The notes: generated by a model not told the origin, from the letters alone. Shown: positions 52,163 through 63,480, counted from the stretch's first letter. The stretch: DNA of 64,000 nucleotides from an uncultured Thermoplasmata archaeon (GCA_963797975.1 CAWCRH010000006.1:10754-74753), one strand, 5' to 3'. A program made the numbers and translations.

Positions 52163-53019
52163 CCGCACCGTATCCGTTCCCATGGGAGACGATCCTCGAC
52201 CGGTTGAGCACGTTCTACGGCCGGGGCGACTGGCGGGTCCCCTATCTTCGAGACCACGCCGAGAACCCGTTCCAGGTCCTTATCGGGACGATCCTCTCCC
52301 AGCGGACCCGCGATGCGGCGACCGACCGGGCGAGCGCCCAGCTCTTCCAACGGTTCCCGACCCCGCAGACGCTCGCCCACGCACCGCTACGAACGGTCGA
52401 GCGGCTGATCCGCCTCACCGGCTTCTACCACACCAAGGCGAAGGTCATCCGTGAGTGTGCTCGGGTCCTTCTCGAACGATGGGGCGGAGAGGTCCCCCGC
52501 ACGCTGGAAGAGCTGCTCGCGCTCCCGGGCGTCGGACCGAAGACCGCGAATTGCGTGCTCGTCTTCGGCTACGGGATCCCCGCGATCCCGGTGGACACGC
52601 ACGTCCACCGCATCGCGAACCGCCTCGGTGTGGTCCGCACCCGGACGCCGGAAGAGACGGAGGCGGCGCTTCGAGTCCGCATCGACCGCCAATACTGGAT
52701 CCCGCTCAATCCGCTCTTGGTCCAGCACGGCCAGAACCTCTGCCGGCCGATAGGTCCCCGATGCGAGGCGTGCCCAATCGCCTCCTGGTGCGCTACCGGG
52801 AGAGCTCGGGCGCTGGGGCGAGCTCCGCCGCGATGGCAGGACGCGCGGGCCCACCGTGCGGGCGCGCGCCCCGGGTCGGCGGGACGAACTTCAGCGCGAC
52901 GAGCGGGAGTGCGACCGCGAGCCCGAGGATCGTCCACGCGACCGTATAGCCCTCGACTGCGACCAGCCAACCGAAGAACCACGAAACGATCGCGCCGCCG
53001 GACAGCTGGATCGAATTGA
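52159..53019 (+). CDS. nth: endonuclease III (Nth) with an anomalous C-terminal extension
   Basis: GTG start overlapping the folC stop. HhH-GPD motifs (LPGVGPKTANCVLVFG, VDTHVHRIANRLG) and the [4Fe-4S] motif CRPIGPRCEACPIASWC at about residue 215. The frame then stays open for about 70 Arg-rich codons, which are antisense to the MFS gene, until 53019. Confidence 0.75.
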   Translation: MTAPYPFPWETILDRLSTFYGRGDWRVPYLRDHAENPFQVLIGTILSQRTRDAATDRASAQLFQRFPTPQTLAHAPLRTVERLIRLTGFYHTKAKVIRECARVLLERWGGEVPRTLEELLALPGVGPKTANCVLVFGYGIPAIPVDTHVHRIANRLGVVRTRTPEETEAALRVRIDRQYWIPLNPLLVQHGQNLCRPIGPRCEACPIASWCATGRARALGRAPPRWQDARAHRAGARPGSAGRTSARRAGVRPRARGSSTRPYSPRLRPANRRTTKRSRRRTAGSN

Positions 53020-54115
53020 ACAAACCGATGCCGATGGGGATCTCCTCGCTCGGTAGTCCCGGCAAGTACGCCGGGAGAACGTACATCACCGCGTAGATGA
53101 ATCCGTAGCAGAACGCGAAAACGCTCCCGATGAACACCATCGGGAGGAGACCGACCCACGGGATCGCGACCACGAGGACCGTCACGACCAGCGAGGCAAC
53201 GAGGAACTGCGTGCGTCGCCGCGCGCTCCGCTCGGCGAGCATCCCGCCGACGGGGCCCCCCGCGACGCTCGGCAGGATGAACGCGATCCCGACGGCCCCG
53301 GCGACGGCCGCCGACCAGCCGAGGATCAGGGTGCCGTAGGGAACGATGAACTGGCCGGTGGCGAAGGAAGCCGCCTCGAGGCCGATGAACGCGATCCCGA
53401 TCGCCCAGAGGGCCGGGAGCTTCAGGGCCCGGGGCAACCCCGGGTCGGGGCGGCGTGCCGGGGCTCCGGCCACGCCGGGGATCACGAGGAAGGCGATGAA
53501 GGTGAGGAGGAGGAGCCCGACCCCTCCGACGGCGATGTCGGTCCTCCAGCCGACGGCCCCTACCAAGATCGCCGAGAAGAAGACCCCCGCCGCGGCTCCC
53601 CCGCTGAACGCCGAGCTAAAGCTGCCGACCGGGAGCCCCCGCTTTCCTTCGGGAAAGAGGCTGCCGACGAGACCGATCGCCGGCGAGAAGAAGAGCGCCG
53701 CTCCGGCTCCGGCGAGCACTCGCATCGCGACGAGCACATCGAACGACGGCGCGAGGGCCGAGGCGATCGATGCGATTCCGAGAAGGGCCGCTCCCCACAG
53801 CGCTACCGAGCGAGAGCCGTAGCGACGCGAAAGGACCCCGGCCGGGACCTGGAGCAGCCCGGCCGCGACCAAGAAGGCGGCGATGAGGAGGCCCCACTCC
53901 GCTGGACCGACGTTGAACTCGGCCCCGATCGCGGGGAGCGCGGGACCGATCGTGAACCAGTTGTAGGCGTAGCCAGCCCGGACCGCGATGAGGACCCAGG
54001 TGGCGCGGTGGGCCGTGCGCCGGGGGAGTTCAGAGGGCCGTCCGGCGTCGCTCCGTCCGTGGCCGGGGACGTCCACCGACACGGTCAATGGGGACGCCGG
54101 GGCCGGGTCGGTCAT
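52793..54115 (-). CDS. MFS transporter
   Basis: 12-TM-like hydrophobic profile and an MFS motif region (VAMRVLAGAGAALFFSPAIGLVGSLFPEGKRG). The N-terminal 45 aa may be an over-extension. Confidence 0.7.
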   Translation of the reverse strand: MTDPAPASPLTVSVDVPGHGRSDAGRPSELPRRTAHRATWVLIAVRAGYAYNWFTIGPALPAIGAEFNVGPAEWGLLIAAFLVAAGLLQVPAGVLSRRYGSRSVALWGAALLGIASIASALAPSFDVLVAMRVLAGAGAALFFSPAIGLVGSLFPEGKRGLPVGSFSSAFSGGAAAGVFFSAILVGAVGWRTDIAVGGVGLLLLTFIAFLVIPGVAGAPARRPDPGLPRALKLPALWAIGIAFIGLEAASFATGQFIVPYGTLILGWSAAVAGAVGIAFILPSVAGGPVGGMLAERSARRRTQFLVASLVVTVLVVAIPWVGLLPMVFIGSVFAFCYGFIYAVMYVLPAYLPGLPSEEIPIGIGLFNSIQLSGGAIVSWFFGWLVAVEGYTVAWTILGLAVALPLVALKFVPPTRGARPHGGPARPAIAAELAPAPELSR

Positions 54116-54236
54116 CGACGCCGGCGCCGAGGCGGCTCGCCTATTAGGCCCACCGCCCGCGGCCGAGGCCGGCGGCCCAGCCCGCGAGGTCTCGTCCGAA
54201 CGACTTAAAGTCAGGGCGCTGTCCCGCGGCTAGCGT

Positions 54237-56811
54237 ATGGACCCGGGCGAGTACGACCTTTCCATCTTCCACCGGCTGGGCATGGCGAGACGCGTCTGCT
54301 CGAGCTGTGGCCACGCCTTCTGGACGCTGGGCGAGCACAGCCGATGCCAGGAAGCCCCGTGCACGCCCTACGGCTTCATCGGCCGACCGATCTTCCAAAG
54401 ATCCTACGCGCTCGCCGAGATGCGCGAGGCCTACCTGTCGTTCTTCGAGAGGCACGGGCACACCCGCCTGCGCCGCTATCCGGTCGTCGCCCGCTGGCGG
54501 AACGACGTCTTCTTCACGCAGGCGAGCATCTACGACTTCCAGCCGTGGGTGACGAGCGGTGCCATCCCGCCCCCGGCGAACCCGCTCACGATCTCTCAAC
54601 CGTGCCTACGGTTCATCGATTTGGAGGAGGTGGGCCGAAGCGGCCGCCACTTCACGTTGTTCGAAATGATGGCTCACCACGCCTTCAATCGGCCGGACCA
54701 TGAGGTCTACTTCAAGGACCGATGCGTCGAGCTTTGTCACGAGCTGCTGGCGGGCGAGCTCGGCACCGACCCTCGAGCGATCACCTACAAGGAAGAGGAA
54801 TGGGAGGGCGGAGGGAACCTCGGCCCGTCGCTAAGCGTAGGCGTCGCAGGGCTCGAACTCGCGACCCTCGTCTTCATGGAGTACGTCCGGGACGGAGAGC
54901 GACTGGCGCCAATGCCGCTCACCGTGGTCGACACCGGCTGACGGGCTCGAGCGGTTCGTCTGGGCGAGCCAGGGGACGAAGACGGCGTACGAGGCGTCCT
55001 TCGCGAGCGCCTACGAAGAGTTGCGACAGAATCTTCCCGCGCCCGAGGCCGCGATCGCCATTGACCACGCGCGCGCTCTCAACTTCATGCTCACGGACGG
55101 GGTCGTCCCGTCGAACGCGAAGGAGGGCTACTTCGCCCGGCTCCTGATCCGACGGACGCTTCGCGTACTTTCCAAGGCGTCTGAGCCGGTGGAGCTCATT
55201 GCGGTGGTCGAGCGGGTCGGGCGAGAGCTTGCGCGCGACTATCCCGAGGTCGGAGCCCACCGGGCCGACCGAGACCGCATCCTGGCGGCGGAGATCGAGC
55301 GCTACACGGAGGCGGTGGAGCGAGCCCGCCCCGTCCTTCGTCGGCACGAGGAGCGCCTGAAGGCAAGCGGCCAGAGCGTCGGGGTCGAGGAGCTGGTCGA
55401 GTGGTACGACTCCCTCGGGGTCCCTCCGGACGTCGCCTCGAGCCTGCTCGAGAGGCCGGTGCCGGTACCGGATGGGTTCTACGCATTGGTCGCCGAGCGA
55501 CACGCAGGTGAGACCCCCTCGAACGAGTACGCCCAGGACGCGGGGAAACTCGCGAACATCCCGCCCAGCATCCCCGCGACCGAGGTAGGGTACTACCTCG
55601 ACCCCTACACGACCTCCTTCGAGGCGCGGGTCCTCTGGTCGCAGGGACCGCTCGTCGTGCTCGACCGCACGTTCTTCTATCCGACCGGTGGCGGCCAGGT
55701 GAACGACACGGGGGACCTTGGCGAGGTGCCGGTGGTGGAAGTACAGCGCCAGGGTCCATGGGTCGTGCACCGGCTCGACCACCCAGCCGCCTTCGGGCCG
55801 GGGGACCGGGTGCACGCGCATATCGACCGGGCTCGCCGGACCCAGCTCATGCAGCACCACACGGCCACCCATCTTCTGAACGGCACCCTCCGAGAGGTGC
55901 TCGGCCCTCACATCTGGCAGAGCGGTGCCTACAAGGGACCGGAGATGGCGCGGATCGACGTAACGCACTATAAGCCGCTCTCCCGCGACGAGCTCCGTCA
56001 TATCGAGCACCGGGTGAACGAGGTCGTCCGCGAGAACCGGCCCGTCAAGAGCTACTTCGAATCGCGGACGGAGGCGGAGCGCCGCTTTGGCTTCACGCTC
56101 TACCAGGGCGGAGCGGTCCCGGGCAAGGAGCTTCGGATCGTCGAGGTCGAGGGGTTCGATGTGGAGGCATGCGGGGGAACTCACTGTACGCACACGAGCG
56201 AGGTCGGGGCGATCGCCCTGCTCGGGGTCGAGCGGATCCAGGACGGCGTCGTTCGCCTCACCTACGCGAGCGGGGAGCGGGCGATCGATATCCGCGAGGA
56301 GCACGAGGCGGTCCTCCATGAGGCCGCGAAGCGGCTCGGGGTACCGGTCGAGCACCTCCCGGACGGGATCGACCGGCTCCTCGCCGAGGTCGAGGCGTCG
56401 CGCCGCGCCGAGAAGGGCCGCCGCAAGGACGACCTGAGCGCCGTGGCCGAGCGACTGTTGGGAGACCCGGGCAACACGGAGGCCTCCGGGCCGGTGACCG
56501 TGATCCGGGCCCAGGTCGACCTCGACCGTGCCGAGATGATGGAGCTCTCCCGGCTCCTCTCCAAGGGCCCCGACCGCGTCGTTCTCCTCGCCTCCGAGCG
56601 GGAGGGCCGCGGCACCCTCTTCATCGGTTCGACGGCCCCATCGATCCCAGCCCAAGAGCTCCTCAAGCTCGCGCTGCCGGCGTTCCAGGGGAAAGGGGGC
56701 GGGAACCCGGCCTCGGCGACGGCGGTCGGAGAACCCGGTCCCCCGCTGGAGAGCGCGCTCGAGCTCGCCCGCTCGGAAACGCGCCGCCGCGCCGCGGCCC
56801 GCCCTGACTGA
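54237..56811 (+). CDS. alaS: alanine-tRNA ligase (archaeal type), interrupted by one frameshift
   Basis: N-terminal ORF 54237-54941 (WEGGGNLGPSLSVGV...TVVDTG) and ORF 55021-56811, whose frame upstream of its start continues with GLERFVWASQGTKTAYEA. A single extra nucleotide at about 54936-54944 separates them. Editing-domain motifs HTATHLL and CGGTHC are present. Confidence 0.9.
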
Positions 56812-56821
56812 CCGCAAAGCA

Positions 56822-57466
56822 TCACGCGAGCGCCGGGACGAGGTAGACCAGCACGTCGAGCGCCACCGCGGGTACGAGCGTCATCGCGAGGTCGTCGTCG
56901 ACCGGTCCCCATTTAGGCCATTCCGCGATGAGCGCGAGGGCCGCTGCGAGCAGGGCGAGCCCGACCGCGGACCCGCCGGGATAGTGACCGATCCCGACGA
57001 GGGCGAGCGTCGTGAGCCCGACGTAGGCCGCGTACGGGAGCGCGGGATATAGACGGCGATAGCGCGAAGAGAGGCGGAGCTCGCCCGCGAGCGGGTCGAC
57101 GATCGCGGTTCCGAGGATCACAGCGGCCGCGATCGGCTCGGGGAAGAGGAGCACCGCGACCACCAGCGCGATCGCGAAGTAGGCGTAGCTCGCCAGCCGG
57201 TGGGATTCGTACGGACGGATGACCGGGATCTCGACGTAGCCTGCGAGGCGGAGCCCTTCAAGGACGAGCACGGCGGCTAGGGCGATGAGGGGAATGGCCT
57301 GGTTGGGGATCCCGAGGAGCACGTTCGCAGGCAAGAGGTAGTAGACGAGGACGGCAGCGCCCAGTCCGTGCAGGATCCGTCGCCAGATCCGGTCCCCGAG
57401 TTCGGCATCGCCCCCGAAGCGGGCGCCGAGCCAAGACCGAAACCGCCCGCCACGATGCAGCCGCAT
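56822..57466 (-). CDS. hypothetical integral membrane protein (about 6 TM)
   Basis: 214 aa, highly hydrophobic. The CTP-transferase (CarS/dolichol kinase) motifs I looked for are not evident. Confidence 0.35.
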   Translation of the reverse strand: MRLHRGGRFRSWLGARFGGDAELGDRIWRRILHGLGAAVLVYYLLPANVLLGIPNQAIPLIALAAVLVLEGLRLAGYVEIPVIRPYESHRLASYAYFAIALVVAVLLFPEPIAAAVILGTAIVDPLAGELRLSSRYRRLYPALPYAAYVGLTTLALVGIGHYPGGSAVGLALLAAALALIAEWPKWGPVDDDLAMTLVPAVALDVLVYLVPALA

Positions 57467-57555
57467 GCTGAACCTTCACCGGGAAGGGCCCTCCCCTAAG
57501 AACGTTCGGCCCCGACCCGGCGACAGCTATTTGTCCCGCGGCCTCTGGCCCGGCC

Positions 57556-58017
57556 GTGAAGGTCGCCATCCTGGTCGGGAGTCGGTCGGACCTGGAGAGC
57601 GCCGAGAAGGTCCGCACCCGGCTCGCCGAGCTCGGGGTACCCTCCGAGGTCCACGTTGCGTCGGCCCACCGCACCCCGGAGAAGGTCGACCGCCTCACGC
57701 AGGACCCCGAGACGGAGGTGTACGTCGCGATGGCGGGACTATCCGCCGCCCTCCCCGGGGCCGTCGCCGCGCGCACCACAAAACCGGTGATCGGGGTGCC
57801 GCTTCACCGCGGACTCGGGCTCGATAGCCTGCTCAGCGTCGTACAGATGCCCCCGGGTGTGCCGGTCGCGGCCGTCGGGCTGGACGCGACCGAGAACGCC
57901 GCCCTCCTCGCCGTGGAGATCCTTGCCCTGAAGTACCCCGAGCTCCGAGCGTCGCTCGACCGCTATCGCGCCCGCTGGCGCGAGGAGCCTACGGAGGCTA
58001 CGCGGAGCCCGCCATGA
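57556..58017 (+). CDS. purE: N5-carboxyaminoimidazole ribonucleotide mutase (PurE)
   Basis: MKVAILVGSRSD..., VASAHRTPEK, MAGLSAALPG. Typical PurE. Confidence 0.9.
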   Translation: MKVAILVGSRSDLESAEKVRTRLAELGVPSEVHVASAHRTPEKVDRLTQDPETEVYVAMAGLSAALPGAVAARTTKPVIGVPLHRGLGLDSLLSVVQMPPGVPVAAVGLDATENAALLAVEILALKYPELRASLDRYRARWREEPTEATRSPP

Positions 58018-58961
58018 ACGACCCGAAGGAGTTCGTTCAGAGCGCAGTCGAGGCTCTGCGACGTTCGATCGACGGCCGGGTCATCATCGCGGCCAGCGGG
58101 GGGATCGATTCCACGGTGGCCGTCCGGCTGACCGAGATGGCCCTCGGCGACCGTGCGCGCGCGATCTTCGTCGACACGGGCCTGCTCCGCGAGGGAGAGG
58201 TGGCTCGCGTGCGCGCCTTCTTCAACGCCAGCGCGACGGACGTCACCGTCGTGCCGGCCGAGGAGGTCTTCCTCTCGGCCCTCGCGGGCGTCCGCGACCC
58301 GGAGGAGAAACGGCGGCGGATCGGTCACGCCTTCATTCGCACTTTCGAGACCGAGGCCGATCGCTTCGGTACCGACCGGCTCGTCCAAGGAACGATCGCG
58401 CCGGATTGGATCGAGAGCGGGGGGTCGAAACGCGACACGATCAAGACCCACCACAACGTGGGTGGGGTCCCCGAGGACAGCCGCCTCCGCCTCGTGGAAC
58501 CGCTCCGCGACCTCTACAAGGACGAGATCCGCGCGGTCGCTCGGGAGCTTCGTATCCCGGACCCGGATCGGCAGCCGTTCCCCGGGCCTGGGCTCGCGGT
58601 GCGCGTTCAGGGTGAGGTGACGCGCGAGCGGCTGCGTCGCGCGCGGGTCGCGAACCGCGTCGTCGAGGAGGAGGTGGACCGCGCGGTCGCCGAGCACACG
58701 ATCTCGCGCCCCTGGCAGTACTTCGCGGTCCTCCTGGACGGACGGACCGTCGGCGTCACGGGGGACAACCGCGCCTATGGCGAGGCCGTGAGCATACGGG
58801 TGGTCGAGTCGATCGACGCGATGACCGCCCAGGCGATGGACCTGCCCCGGGAGGTCGGTCGCCGCATGGCCGAGCGGATCACCCGCGAGCTCGCGGGCGA
58901 GGTGGTCCGGGTGCTCTACGACGTGACCGACAAGCCCCCCGCGACCATCGAGTGGGAATAG
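58014..58961 (+). CDS. guaA: GMP synthase [glutamine-hydrolyzing] subunit B (ATP pyrophosphatase domain)
   Basis: PP-loop SGGIDSTV and a C-terminal dimerisation domain ending KPPATIEWE. Archaeal split GuaA-B type. Confidence 0.9.
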   Translation: MNDPKEFVQSAVEALRRSIDGRVIIAASGGIDSTVAVRLTEMALGDRARAIFVDTGLLREGEVARVRAFFNASATDVTVVPAEEVFLSALAGVRDPEEKRRRIGHAFIRTFETEADRFGTDRLVQGTIAPDWIESGGSKRDTIKTHHNVGGVPEDSRLRLVEPLRDLYKDEIRAVARELRIPDPDRQPFPGPGLAVRVQGEVTRERLRRARVANRVVEEEVDRAVAEHTISRPWQYFAVLLDGRTVGVTGDNRAYGEAVSIRVVESIDAMTAQAMDLPREVGRRMAERITRELAGEVVRVLYDVTDKPPATIEWE

Positions 58962-58980
58962 GCGCGCATAGGCGCCGGGG

Positions 58981-60885
58981 TCAGAGGAGGCGGACCGCCT
59001 CGAGGTTGTACGGCACGCGCGTCTCGACATTGAAGCGCTTGTGCAGGCTCGAAGAGAGGTCCACCGATTTCGACTCCTCCCCGTGATTGAGCAGGATCCG
59101 CTGCGGTCGCGGGTCGAGAGACGCGACGAAGTTCATCAGCTGCACCCGGTCGGAATGCCCGCTGAATCCCTCGATCGTCGCCATCTCGAGGCGCACCGGG
59201 ACCGAGGCCGGCCTCGGGCCGTCCATGAAGGTCGCCTCCGAGATCCCCCGCTGAAGCCGCTTGCCGAACGTGCCTTCCGCCTGATACCCGACGAAGAGCA
59301 GGCCGCTCTTCTCGTCGGAGCCCCAGGCCCGGAAGTACTCCATCACGGGCCCACCGCTCATCATGCCCGAGGTCGCCAGCACGATGCACGGCTCCTTCGA
59401 GTCGAGCAGGCTCATCCGCATCTGGCTCGAGTCGACGCGGTGGAAGACGTCCGCGAGGAACGGGTTGTCCCCCTGCTGGAAGATCTGGGTCCTCAGTTGG
59501 CTGTTCAGGAACTCCGGATAGGCGGTGTGGATCGCCGTGGCCTCGAAGATCATCCCATCCAAGTAGACCGGGACGCGCGGGATCTTCCCATCGCGCATCC
59601 GCTCCTCGAGCACGAGCATGACCTCCTGAGATCGGCCCACCGCGAAGACGGGCACGATCAGCTTCCCCCCGCGCGAGAGGATCTTGGTCGCCAAGGCGGC
59701 GAACGAGTCCGACGCCTCGAGGCGGCTCGGCTGGACATCGCGGTAGCCCCCGTACGTCGACTCGAGCACGAGCGTCTCCAGCCGTGGGAAGCGGTTGGTC
59801 GCGGGATTGAAGAGCCAGCTCCGCTCGAACTTGATGTCGCCGGAGTAGGCGAGGTTGTGGTCCCCGTCGCCGAGGTGGAAGTGGCAGATGGACGAGCCGA
59901 GAATGTGCCCGGCATTATGCAGGGTGAGCCGAACGTCCGGCGCGATGTCGGTCGTCTCCCCCCAGCGTAGGGGGATCGTGCGCGCGACCAGCTCGCGCAC
60001 ATGCGAGGAATCGTAGAGGCCCTTGCGCGCCTCTTGGTTGACGACCTTGATCGCATCGAGCAGCATCAGGGTCATGAGGTCGCGCGTGGGGGCGGTGCAG
60101 TAGATCGGTCCCTTGTAGCCGTACTTGAGGAGCACCGGGACGAGCCCACAGTGGTCGAGGTGGGCGTGCGTTACGACCACGGCGTCCAGGGAGTCAAGGG
60201 GGAGCAGCTCGGGCGCGTTGAAGAAAGGGGTCCGGTCCGAGCCAGGGTCGAGCCCGCAGTCGATGAGGATCTTGGAGTTCTGGGTGGAGAGCATGTGGGC
60301 GCTGCGCCCGACCTCGCGGTAGCCTCCGAGCGCGGTGCTACGGGCCCAGATCTTCTCGGGCAGGCGCTCTCGCGCGATCCGGATGCCGACCTTCTTGAGG
60401 AAGGTACGACGCTCGTCGAATACGTTCCGTAGGTGGATACGGACCTCCTCCACCGTCTTCGAAGGGATCGGGGGCGTGCGGACGACCGTCGGGATCCAGC
60501 CGATCCTTCGCTTCAGGTCGTTGAGCACGGAGCCGCCGCGTCCGATCGCGACCCCGGGATTCGCCGCCTCGATCGTGACCTCGCCGGTCTCCGGCTCGAA
60601 GAAGAGCTGGTTGATCTCCGCCTCGGCCGGGATCGTCTCGCGGATGAGCTTCTCCGCCTCCTTTGGGTCGATGAGCGTCGCCGGGTCGCTGCGCACGAGC
60701 ACGCGCCGGTGGAGCCGCTGAGCGACCTGTCGGAGGAGGTCCCCGCCCGAGAGGAAGGCATCCAGCTGCTTCGTGTAGATCACGACGTGCGGGCCTTCCA
60801 GCTCGATGTCGGTGACCTCGATCGTCTCCGGGAGCACCTCTTTCAGCGCTTCCCGGGTTTGAGATATCAGGGAATCGAAACTCAT
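58981..60885 (-). CDS. archaeal CPSF1-type beta-CASP ribonuclease (aCPSF1 / FttA)
   Basis: N-terminal KH domains (IGRGGSVLNDLKRRIG), a metallo-beta-lactamase motif HAHLDHCG, and a beta-CASP region. 634 aa. Confidence 0.9.
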   Translation of the reverse strand: MSFDSLISQTREALKEVLPETIEVTDIELEGPHVVIYTKQLDAFLSGGDLLRQVAQRLHRRVLVRSDPATLIDPKEAEKLIRETIPAEAEINQLFFEPETGEVTIEAANPGVAIGRGGSVLNDLKRRIGWIPTVVRTPPIPSKTVEEVRIHLRNVFDERRTFLKKVGIRIARERLPEKIWARSTALGGYREVGRSAHMLSTQNSKILIDCGLDPGSDRTPFFNAPELLPLDSLDAVVVTHAHLDHCGLVPVLLKYGYKGPIYCTAPTRDLMTLMLLDAIKVVNQEARKGLYDSSHVRELVARTIPLRWGETTDIAPDVRLTLHNAGHILGSSICHFHLGDGDHNLAYSGDIKFERSWLFNPATNRFPRLETLVLESTYGGYRDVQPSRLEASDSFAALATKILSRGGKLIVPVFAVGRSQEVMLVLEERMRDGKIPRVPVYLDGMIFEATAIHTAYPEFLNSQLRTQIFQQGDNPFLADVFHRVDSSQMRMSLLDSKEPCIVLATSGMMSGGPVMEYFRAWGSDEKSGLLFVGYQAEGTFGKRLQRGISEATFMDGPRPASVPVRLEMATIEGFSGHSDRVQLMNFVASLDPRPQRILLNHGEESKSVDLSSSLHKRFNVETRVPYNLEAVRLL

Positions 60886-60938
60886 CCACTTCGGAAGGGG
60901 TTGGGAAAGGGGTTGGACCGGCCGACCGCGACGAAAGC

Positions 60939-61613
60939 CTAGGCGAGCGCGGGGGGCAGTGGAATCTTAAGCGCCTTCAAGCGCTTATTGATTTCGTCCT
61001 CACTGAATTCGTGGTATTCCTTGGCTGTGATCGTGTGGATGAGGTATCCATCGCCGCTCGCGCTGTCGCGCTTCATGGCGACCGTAAGGCCGCGCAGGGC
61101 GAGGTCGACGCCGTCGCTGACGGTCATGTCACGGGAGTACACTTCCTCCAGAACGCCGTAGGCGAAGGTCGAGCCGCTACCGACCGATACGTAGCGGTCC
61201 TCGATCGAGCCCCCGGCCGGGTCCACCGAGAAGACGTGACCCCCCTTCGCGTCGACGCCGCCCAGGATGAGCCAGGCGTAGTAGGGGAACATCCGGTTCC
61301 CGGAGAGGATGTTCGCGAGGAGCGTCGCGGCCCCTTCCGCGCTCAGCGGGGCGTTGCGGCGCAGCCGATAGAGCGAGACCTCCGCGCGGAGGTAGCGCGC
61401 GAGCGTCTGGGCGTCCCCGACGAGGCCCGCGATCGTGATCCCGATGTTCTGGTCGATCCGGAAGAGCTTGAACGTCTGCTTGTTGGCGATCATGGTACCC
61501 GCGGTCGCGCGTCGCTCGGTCGCCAGGACGACCCCGTCCTTGCAGACCAGACCGATCGTCGTGGTCCCCTTGAGCAGACGCTCTTCGTCGGCGGGACTGA
61601 TGAGATTCGGCAT
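60939..61613 (-). CDS. psmB: proteasome beta subunit
   Basis: Propeptide followed by GTTTIGL (active-site Thr after the G|T cleavage site) and an Ntn-hydrolase fold sequence. Confidence 0.85.
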   Translation of the reverse strand: MPNLISPADEERLLKGTTTIGLVCKDGVVLATERRATAGTMIANKQTFKLFRIDQNIGITIAGLVGDAQTLARYLRAEVSLYRLRRNAPLSAEGAATLLANILSGNRMFPYYAWLILGGVDAKGGHVFSVDPAGGSIEDRYVSVGSGSTFAYGVLEEVYSRDMTVSDGVDLALRGLTVAMKRDSASGDGYLIHTITAKEYHEFSEDEINKRLKALKIPLPPALA

Positions 61614-61799
61614 CGAAACCTCCCTGCTACGAGGGAAACGGCCGGGGGACTCGGGGTCGGTATATAACGGCTCACGACGGCGTTACGCCGTCTTCACCGA
61701 GGGAAGTCAGGGAAGCCGTGGGACTCGCGTGAGCGGCGGCGAGAGCCGGTCGCGTGGCGTCACCGCTTAATGCTCGGTCGATTGTAACGGCCCGGTTCT

Positions 61800-63479
61800 A
61801 TGCGTCGGCACGAGGTAGTGGTGGTCGGCGCGGGTCTCGCGGGACAGCGCGCGGCCCTCGCGGCGGTCGAAGCGGGCCGTGAGGTGGCGGTCGTTTCCAA
61901 GCTCCACCCGCTGCGTTCGCACTCGGGAGCGGCCCAAGGGGGGATCAACGCCGCCGTCCGGGCGGACGATTCGATCGATGCCCACATCTACGACACGGTG
62001 AAGGGTTCCGACTATCTCGGGGACCAGGACGCGATCGAGTTCTTCTGCCGGGAGGCCGGCCCGATCGTCGTCGAGATGGAACACTTCGGGACCATCTTCA
62101 ACCGCGCGGAGGACGGCTCTCTCGCCAGCCGCCCGTTCGGCGGAGCCGGTTTCCCGCGCACGATCTATGCCGCGGACCGCACTGGGCTCGCGCTCCTGCA
62201 AGCGCTCTGGGAGCGCCTCGGTTCGGAGGCGAAACGGTTCACGCTCTACTCCGAATCGGACCTCACCCAAATCGTCGTGCGGGACGGGCGGACCCAGGGC
62301 GTCGTTGTCCTGGACCGAAGGACCGGCCAGTTCGAGGGAATCGCGGCCCGCAGCGTCGTCATCGCGACCGGGCCGAGCGGACGGATCTACGCGCGGACCA
62401 CGAACGCCCACAGCTGTACCGGGGACGGAATGGCCGTGGCGTACGAGGCGGGCGCCGCCCTCAAGGACATGGAGTTCGTCCAGTTCCACCCCACGGGACT
62501 TCTCGACTCCGGAATCCTGATCACGGAGGGGGCGCGAGGGGAAGGAGGGTTCCTCACGAACGTCTCGGGCGAGCGGTTCATGGCGAAATACGCCCCACGG
62601 GTCCTCGAGCTCGCGAGCCGGGACGTGGTGTCTCGGGCGATCGTCACGGAGGTGGCCGAGGGCCACGGGTTCCCGGGAGGCTACGTTCATCTCGAGCTCA
62701 TGCACCTCGGCCGGGAACGGATCGAAAGCCGGCTCCAGGAGATCTGTGAGATCTGTCGGAACTTCGCCGGCATCGACCCCGTGACCCAGCCGATCCCCGT
62801 CTATCCCGCCCAACACTACATGATGGGCGGGGTCGGGACGAACATCCAGGGAGCGACCAGCATCGCCGGCCTCTTCGCGGCGGGAGAAGCGGCGTGCGTA
62901 TCGATCCACGGTGCGAACCGCTTAGGGGGGAACTCGCTGATGGAGACCCTCGTCTTCGGTAAGCAAGCGGGGATCGCGGCGGCGGCGTACGCCAGTAAAC
63001 CGGTTTCGACCGAGGTCACGGCCGCGGACGTCGCCCTATCCGAGACCCCGATCCGGGCCATGATGGCCCGCACGGACGGCGTCGATCCCGCGGAGATCCG
63101 TAGCGAGATGCAAGCGACGATGGAGCACTACGTCGGGATCTACCGCACGGAGGCCGACCTTCTCGAGGGACTCCGTCGTATCCGCGCGACCCAGGCGCGG
63201 GCTCAGCAGCTACGGATCGTCGACCAATCGAACGTGTTCAACCTTAACCTGACCGACACCCTGGAGGTTCGTCACATGCTTTCTCTCGCCGAGGTCATCA
63301 TCGTCGGAGCCTTCGCGCGCACCGAGAGCCGCGGAGCGCACTCCCGCATCGATTATCCGAAACGGGACGATGCCCACTGGATGCGACACACGTTGGCGAC
63401 CCGAGGACCGGGAGGACCCTCACTCTCGTACAGCCCGGTCGCCTTCACGCGGTGGGAACCGAAGGAGCGGGTCTACTGA
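61800..63479 (+). CDS. sdhA: succinate dehydrogenase / fumarate reductase flavoprotein subunit
   Basis: FAD-binding [10 protein letters not shown], the covalent-FAD His region [10 protein letters not shown], and the active-site HPTG and RGEGG motifs. Confidence 0.9.
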   Translation: MRRHEVVVVGAGLAGQRAALAAVEAGREVAVVSKLHPLRSHSGAAQGGINAAVRADDSIDAHIYDTVKGSDYLGDQDAIEFFCREAGPIVVEMEHFGTIFNRAEDGSLASRPFGGAGFPRTIYAADRTGLALLQALWERLGSEAKRFTLYSESDLTQIVVRDGRTQGVVVLDRRTGQFEGIAARSVVIATGPSGRIYARTTNAHSCTGDGMAVAYEAGAALKDMEFVQFHPTGLLDSGILITEGARGEGGFLTNVSGERFMAKYAPRVLELASRDVVSRAIVTEVAEGHGFPGGYVHLELMHLGRERIESRLQEICEICRNFAGIDPVTQPIPVYPAQHYMMGGVGTNIQGATSIAGLFAAGEAACVSIHGANRLGGNSLMETLVFGKQAGIAAAAYASKPVSTEVTAADVALSETPIRAMMARTDGVDPAEIRSEMQATMEHYVGIYRTEADLLEGLRRIRATQARAQQLRIVDQSNVFNLNLTDTLEVRHMLSLAEVIIVGAFARTESRGAHSRIDYPKRDDAHWMRHTLATRGPGGPSLSYSPVAFTRWEPKERVY

Positions 63480-63480
63480 T

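Noticed and set aside
50744-52183. 479-aa minus-strand ORF
   Set aside because: Antisense to folC, with R/G/D-rich low complexity.
54919-56817. 632-aa minus-strand ORF
   Set aside because: Antisense to alaS, with a low-complexity translation.
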